From: Eledone cirrhosa
Taxonomy: Eukaryota
Assembly (NCBI GenBank): GCA_964016885.1
Contig: OZ024749.1
Location: 41,292,001-41,356,000, forward strand
DNA length: 64,000 nucleotides
Reading direction: 5' to 3'
This document shows, piece by piece, positions 26,608 through 35,500 of this stretch. How positions within the stretch are numbered: the first letter of the stretch is position 1; each line of letters begins with the position of its first letter. The notes beneath the pieces were generated by a model. That model did not search any database. It had not been told where the DNA came from and saw only the letters and a list, made by a program, of their open reading frames with translations. Position numbers and translations under genes: made by a program.

Positions 26608-29600
26608 ATATATTCATATATATATACACAATGTGGTTGGCATTAGGAAGGGCATCCAGCCGTAGAAAACCAGCCAGAAACAACCCTATATGAGCGAGAC
26701 ACAGTCCCTTGACCCAACTTGCCTCTAAATGGGACCTGTCTAACCCATGCTAGTGTAGAAGATGGATGTTAATCGATGATGATGATACAGAGAGTGAGAG
26801 AAAGAGATATGTAAACTTTTAATCTGAAAATGTGTGATGAAACAGATATTGTTATACTTTGGGAGGGTCATGCTGCCAATAAAAAACACATGACCCTCCC
26901 AAAATATAACAATAAACATATATATATATATATATATATATATAGTAATAAGAATATTTATATTTATATATGTTTAATACAAGTAAAAATATGTAGGGTA
27001 GTACTGAGTACTAGCCAGTTACCGGTATGACAAAAGGCTCAATGCAAAGTGTTTTACAGAGCCGAGATAGAAAGTGTTAAAACGATCAACAAATACCTCA
27101 CATAACAAATACCAACATTATCACCACATGCCTCTCTAACAAATTGCACGCTACCTTAAACATTTCTAACAATTATAACATGCTTTAATACCCCACCCAA
27201 AATATGTTTATTTCAACTGCATTATAACTCTTTCCTCATACATGGCTTATTGACTGCATTGTACACCTCTTTTCCTTGCTTATAACTTTTTTGCCTGTAC
27301 TTTTTGCTTATACTGTAATTGTGTTCTCTCAAGCATAACATCTTTTTAACTCTTGACTCTCCATATGATGCCTTTGACACTAACAACAACTATGTACCCT
27401 AAATGTTCTGAATGACTAGGATTTTAGTTACATGTTTCGACATCCCCTATGCTCCGATGATTCCAGACCTCCCTCTGGAAGAAACAATTGTCAGCAAATA
27501 AATGTTCTAAACTAAAATTTGATCGTTTTAACACTTTGTATATATATATATATACAAATATATACAAATATATTACACAAAGAGAAGTGTGTTACACAGT
27601 GAGATGTGTGTAATGAATTATTACAAGTGAGTTTTACCGTTACTGTATAGAGAACAATATCTACAGGTTAGCAATTAAATAGAAAAAAACTAAGTCAGAA
27701 TCAAATCTCTGAATTAGAGTTTTAAAACTCACTTGTAATAATTCTTTACACACATCTCACTGTGTAACACACTTCTCTTTGTGTAATATATTTATAATAA
27801 TAATAATAATGAAATTATTGTGTACAGTGCTCAGGTGCACTACAACTCATCAAAGGTGCATGTATAGTACATAGAATAATGTACAAATGTCAGGAAAATA
27901 AACAGTGTATGAGTCATGATATAATAACAATAACAATAATGAAATATTGTGCACAGTGCCCAGGTGCACCACAACCCATCAAAAAAGTGCATGTACAGTA
28001 CATAGGGCAATGCACAAACATCAGTAAATGCATTTGAGCTCAGAAGAAAATTCTCTATTCTTCTTTGAGCTAATATTATTATTATTATTACTGTGAACTG
28101 CGGAATACTCTTAATTCCGATCTTTGTATATATATATATATTTCAGGATAGAACCAGTTTAAAACTAATTAGATCATTACTTAATAGAGTACTTAATACT
28201 GGGGGTAGTAGAGTATGGCTGTATTATAAAGAGTTGGGACCCAATGGCTGAGCTCTTGCTGTTTCAACAGTTAGTTACAGGCTGTCTGGAACTAGCTGTT
28301 GAAATCGTAAGAGCACAGCCGTCAGGTCCTAACTCTTTATAATATATATACATATATACATGTATTGTGTGAGAGTTGTTGGAATAGAGGTGTGCTTCTA
28401 ACAGGCTAACATCTTTGTCAAGTCAAATAAGCACAGTATGATGTGAGATATCTATTATGTACCTATTGTTATATTTCACAGGTAACCAGCAATCAACAGA
28501 GGACATATTCTACCTGATTATCATGTCATTCTGACATACTTTAAATTTTTTTTAAACCTAAGGAAATATGTAAATGGAATAATAAACTTATGCAAGTTTA
28601 GCTGTCCTCCTACGAGGTTGTCTTTTTTCATATGAGGTTTCTCAGGTGTTTTTAAGACAATGTGGCCCACACCTATCACATGTAAACTAAGTCACATGCC
28701 TTTGTCATAATGAAAATATGTATATTTATTGTAAATTAATACAATTAAATTAAAAACAGGAAGACATAACACTCCATATATTTGCGTTATATGTCTACAT
28801 GTATTAAATTCTAGTTCGTTTCTCAATTGATATACATCAATATATCATTTTAAAATATATTATATTATTGATGCTCTGAATGGAAGTTTATTGAGCTTTT
28901 TACTGAAAAACATTATCTATATATATTCTACATGAACTGATTAAACCTAAAAATAAGTTATATATATCTATCATCCTCATCAGCATCAAATAACGTCTAT
29001 CTTCCACACTAGCATGGGTTAGACGGGTTGTCCCATTTGAGGCTAGTTGGGTTAGGTGACCATGTTTTACTTGTATAGAACTGTTTCTGGCTGGTCTTCT
29101 ATGGCTGGATGCTCTTCCTAATGCCAACCACATTTACAGTGTCGGCTGGGTGCTTTTTGTCATGTCTCCTACACTACCACTTTACAGTTTGGTCTGGATA
29201 TGTTTTATTCACAGTGTGAGGGTGATGTGGACAGGAGTGGGTTGGACTGGGTATATATATATATATTTATATATATATATAAGATCAAAAGATGGTTAAA
29301 TGAGTTCCATGTATTTTATTATGCGCATTTCAAAAACAAATATCATCATGCAATAACATTTGTGTTTTCATCAGATAAAATAGGAGGACATGATATGAAG
29401 GTTAAAAAACACTTGTGGACATGATATGAAGGTTAAAAAACACTTGTGGATAGTGCAGTTTTAAATCAACACTATCCACAAGTGTTTTTTAACCTTCATA
29501 TCATATCCACAAGTGTTTTTTAACCTTCATATCATGTCCTCCTATTTTATCTGATGAAAACACAAATGTTATTGCATGATGATATTTGTTTTTGAAATGC

Positions 29601-29739
29601 GCATAATAAAATACATGGAACTCATTTAACCATCTTTTGATCTTATATATTATGTATACTCCAGTCCTACAAACTGTAGAGTGCTTCTTATCCGATATCT
29701 GCATTGCTTTATTGTACTACAATAAAACTCACCTCCTAC

Positions 29740-29800
<61 letters not shown>

Positions 29801-32355
29801 CATATGTATGTTATATATATATATATATATTATATATACATATGTATGTTATATATATATATATTATATATTATGTATATATATTATATATTATGTATAT
29901 ATATTATATATTATGTATATATATTATATATTATGTATATATATTATATATTATGTATATATATTGTATATTATGTATATATATTATATATACATATGTA
30001 TGTTATATATATATATATATATATATATATCATCATCATTATCATCATCATCGTTTAACGTCCATATTCCACGCTCGCATGGGTTTGTACAGGAGTTTTC
30101 ACACTTGAGGCAAGAGTGGTTGTCTTGCTCGCATAGGACTGTCTGGCGGGTTTTCTACGGCTGGATACCCTTCCTAACACCAACCACATTTACAGTGTGG
30201 AACTGGGAGGTTTTTACCGTGTTACCTACACGGCCACATTACAGCGTGGACTGTGTGTTTTTTTTTGTCGTGACACCTACACGACCTCATTTGTTTCGGG
30301 CTGGATGTTGTGGTACCAACATAACTTTACATTGAAAGGGGTGGTGTGGATGGGGAGGGGGGGGGGGGGGGGGGTATTTTGTTAGAGGTGCCTACTGACT
30401 GTAGTAGGTTTCACTTTCTTTGCACTTAGGTAAGGCGGGTCTTCTCTATTACTGTGTAGGGCCAAAGATCTCGGTCCAGTGACATTGTCTTGGAGAGGTG
30501 TAAGTGTGTGAGGTCGGAATTTATCAAGTTGTCACTTCCTGTCCCCCAACTTGAGGGACAGCCCTCGCATGAACTTGTTAACACAATAAATTTGGTGACC
30601 TAGAATTTGATCTTTAGGTATCACCCAAAGTTCAAGGCGCCGACAGATTTCGCTACATATATATATATATATTGTTATTTGCAGGAATACAATGGTAATG
30701 TGATGTACTACATAGACAATGGTCCATTCATGGGTTCATTACAATTAGTGGTCCACCATTACAGCATGCGGTCTGATGGACTTCCCTGTCTACTTAAGTA
30801 TGGTTTATCAATAGGTAAGTATTAGACACTTCATTTGGTATAGTGTACCCTCCACACTACTGTACTCTACATAGTGTACTTTCCATCATTAAATATCATT
30901 ACCATTATTATTATTGGTGGTATGATAGCCAATGAGGGTTATCCGAGGCGTGGTTATTGCTAGTTGAAAACTATTGTTATTAATATAATGGTTTGGCAGT
31001 ATTGGTAGAGCGTCAGACACCATGCTTTGCAGCATAGAGTTATGACCCTTTACATTCTGATTTCAAATACCGCCAAGGTTAGCTTTGCCTTTCATTCTGG
31101 CCTTGTGCCTATAGTAAAAATAATTGTCTCTACTTTAGGCACAAGGCCAGCAATTACCCAGTGCATTACTGGTACTTTATTTTATCGACCCCGTAAGGAT
31201 GAAAGGCAAAGTCAACCTCGGCGGGATTTGAACTCAGATCGTAAAGGGACGTAACTATGCTGGAAAGCATGGCATCCGACCCTCTACTGATACTGCCAAT
31301 CCACCGCCCTTTAGTAAAAATAATTATTGTTATTATTCATTACAGAAGGAAATATGTATGAAATACCAAAGTTACACAAAAACTTAATGAAGATAAAAAC
31401 AGAAGAACTTGGTAAATAATTTTGAGAATTTTTTGGCCCCTGGAGTATCATCCCCACCCCCACCCACCATTCACACACACACACACACACATACAACATT
31501 GTTTGAAAGCCACATATTGACAAACTGGCTTATGGTTAATGTTTCAGGTGACTAATATATATATATATCGGAGGAACCTTCAGCCGCGTCAAGGATATGA
31601 GAACCTCTAAAGTATTGGTGATTTACACAATAAATGCACTCAGTACATGCTGTCAAATGGTTAGTGATAGGAAGGGCATCCAGCTGTAGAAATCTTGCCA
31701 GACAAAGGGTGGGGAGAACTCTCCAGTTGCGTCAAGGGCATGACAACTCTCCTGAGCACTCGATGTAACGCAAGACCGTAACATGAGCGCACATGTTCCT
31801 GACCTGCCTGGGAGATCAGTGACTCCACTTCAGTTACTAACTTGGTCTATATGGACCCATCCAACCCTTGCAAGCAGAGAAAGCAGATGTTTAAACGACG
31901 ATGATGAGGAGGAGGATGGCCGATGATTGAACAGGGATTTCGAGACTAGAAATAGGTAGTAACTTAACTACCTCCATATTAGTCGATACATCGATTTCTA
32001 TCATTCAATTGACCTTCTGAAATGATCGTAAAACAATGAACTAACTCTCTGCCTACACCTAACTTCTGTTTTATTGTTCTATGCACAAACACATATACAT
32101 ATGTATATATATAATAGGTTTCACCGCATTTTTGACTAAAGAAATTTTAGCCTGATAATGGGGTTTAGAACCCTCAGATAAATGGAAAAAGATGAGTATT
32201 GACGTACATGTACATCAATACTCATCTTTTTCCATTTATCTGAGGGTTCTAAACCCCATTATCAGGCTAAAATTTCTTTAGTCAAAAATACGGTGAAAGC
32301 TATTCTATTTTCTAATTTCAAACCTGCTCACTGTTTCAAAACATACTTACTTGTC

Positions 32356-32391
<36 letters not shown>

Positions 32392-32550
32392 TGCAATTGT
32401 GATTGGTGTTAGGAAGGGCATCCAGCCATAGAAAACCTGCCAGAAACAGTTCTGTACGAGTGAGACACGGTCTCCCAACCAATCTTGCCTCAAGTGGGAC
32501 AAAACCATCCAACTCATGCAAGCGTGAAAGATGGACATTAAACAATGATG

Positions 32551-32590
<40 letters not shown>

Positions 32591-35500
32591 AAGTGCTCCT
32601 TATTTTTGACTGCCCTACTTTTTCTCACACAGTCACATCTCCACCTCAATCAACCCCAATTAACATGAGATCCATCCCAATCGATGTTTGCTCAGTCTAT
32701 ACATTGTGTAGATAGAATTACTGAAAAATTACTGAAGAGTTTTAAAAAATGAAACTATGAAATGTTAAAATGACAACAATTTTTTTCTCTTTAAACTTTT
32801 GTAGAGGTTCCAGTTCAGCGAACAAAAACATCGATTCCATTGAGGGTCCCCCCTCCTGTTCCAGTAAGTCTCTTGAGTATATTGACATCATCATCATCAT
32901 CATTATCATTATCAAGATCATCAATATCATTATCAACATGATCATCATCATCAACATTACCAACATATCGTCATCAATACTATCACCATCAACATTAATA
33001 CTAACAACATCACCAGCAGCATCCCTACCAATGCCTTTATCATATATTTACAGTGATTTTGTACAACTCATGCCAGCATCAGTACCAATGTCTTTTTCTC
33101 TCTCTCTACCCTCTTTGTCATATGTAACTCACACTTTTCAAATTGTTGTATATATATATATACATATATATATTCGATGTGAAATTTATATCAAGATTTT
33201 CTTTTTGATTTTTCTTTTCAATCTAGCCTCCAGTACCACCCACTGCTGGCCACCCAGAATATATCGAAACAAATTTCCATTTCATTGATTTCAAAGACAT
33301 AAAGAAAGGCCAGTTCCTTCTCTGTATTCTTTAACTTTACAACTAAATCTTCGCTATCAAGCCTTTTCTATCAAGCCTTTCCTATCAAGCCTTTTCTATC
33401 AAGCCTTCTCTATCAAGCCTTTTCTATCAAGCCTTTACTATCGAGCCTTTCCTATCGAGCCTTTCCTATCAAGCCTTTTCTATCAACCCTTCTCTATCGA
33501 GCCTTTCCTATCGAGCCTTTCCTATCAAGCCTTTTCTATCAACCCTTCTCTATCAAACCTTTTCTATCAAGCCTTCTCTATCAAACCTTCTTTAATAAAC
33601 TTTCTCTATTAAGCCTTCTCTATCAAACCTTCTTTAATAAACTTTCTCTATTAAGCTTTCCCTATCAAACCTTCACTATATTCTAAACTCTTTTGATAAC
33701 AGCTTCTGCTTCTTTGAAATAAAACCACCCATTTTAAAGTGTTCTTTAAATTAAAACCTTCCAACAATTTTATATAAGCACCATTTGTTAAGTTATGCTA
33801 GAAATACCCTCTTAATCATGAAATAATTAATAGTTTAGGATGATTATGTTGATGTTGATAGTGATGGTGGTAGAGGTGTTTATGATGGAGTTTGTGAGGA
33901 TGATGATAATAAGGAAGATAAAGATGACAGAAGAGTCTGTAGCAGGTGGGGGTGGGGATAATGTTGTTTACAAAGTAACAACCCAAATCTGTCTTTTTAA
34001 TTCTTCAATGCCTTGGTTTCCATTTCTTTCACAGGTGGCCTTTTAGGTCTTGGAGAGTTTGGTGAGGTCATGAAAGGAACTTTAACTATTTACGATGGCA
34101 AAAAAAGTAAAAAGGTAACATAAAACCATTTCTATATTTCATAAATGAGGTTAGATTACTTTAGGTTGCTAATTAATAACAACAAAGGTTTTAAGAGCCA
34201 TTTTCCCTGCTAGAGCAGGGGTTAGCTTTGTAGGGCCCTATGACAGGATTCATACTACTTAAGGAGTTTTTTTGGAGGCAATGCTTTACAGCTGGATATC
34301 CTTCTGGATGCTAACCCTTTTATTGCTTCTTACTTTTATCTATTCTAAACTGAGTATATATATCTTATACCTCTTTACGGCAAGCTGTGTATCTATTCTA
34401 AACTGGATTCACACAGAATATCCTATACCTCTTTATGACATACAGTTTATTTATTCTACCTACAACATTTCTAGTCTACATACAGTGTATCTATTCTAAA
34501 CTGGGAACACACAAAACTATCCTATATTGTTATTCCATTTCAATCATGTCATTATCCATCATTAAGTGGCTTTAATTACTTTCCCATATGAGTAAAAAGA
34601 CAAGAAATATTATTTATGGTAAAAACTTATTTTTTCTATTTGTCTATATTTTGAATTTCTGTCTGTTTGTTATTTCTAGATAACAGTTGCTCTGAAAACC
34701 TTCAATAATAATGTTGTGAACAGTCCATCAGATTTCTGTCGAGAAGCTAAGATTATGATGAACTTGGATCATATTTGTATCACTAAACTGATTGGCTTGT
34801 GTCAGAAACCTTTGATGTTGGTAGGTGACAGCACAGTTTGTTGTGTTTCTTTATCTCTTGTATTCCACACCACACCATACCAAAAAAGATTGCTGGCCTT
34901 CTGCCAACATTAGAAACAATTATTGTTATTATGTATACCAGATTTCAACATTTAGTTGACATTAAATACAAATATATATTTTTGTAATTCTAGGTTGAAG
35001 AATTTGTTCCAAAAGGATCTATGTTAGATTTTCTTTTGGACTACCCTTCCAAAGTTGATGCCAAAGTGGAGCTGATATTGTGGGCATCCCAAATTGCCTA
35101 TGGAATGGTTTATCTAGAATCAAAGAAAATGGTTCACAGAGATTTGGCAGCAAGAAATATTCTTTTAGAGTCTAAAAAACAGGTGAAACATCAAATGGAT
35201 TTTCTCTCATCCTCTGAATTATTGAGTTGTTGTTCCTGTAGTTGCTGTTGTTTAACCCTCTCTGATCAAGTCGATGTATGATCAATGAAATTTCTTCATA
35301 ATGTTGTTATCTTGTCTTTGTTTAAGATACGGTGTGTTAGGACCATCAATTGGACCGTGTGATGTTTAACACATATCTTAACCCTTTAGCATTTCGCGGT
35401 AAAGGCTTTATCTCACATAATATCGAATCTATGAGATTTTTATATTATTTATTTTGAGAACAATATCTTAACATCAGTATGAGAAGCAAGTTACAGACAG

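Larger units (their letters stand above)
29274..29650. repeat. Near-perfect inverted repeat (~182-bp arms, ~14-nt spacer)
   Basis: The left arm is the reverse complement of the right arm, including an internal ~31-bp tandem duplication. Confidence 0.95.

Noticed and set aside
31935-32000. Hairpin followed by GAAA on the minus strand
   Set aside because: No CTGANGA box.
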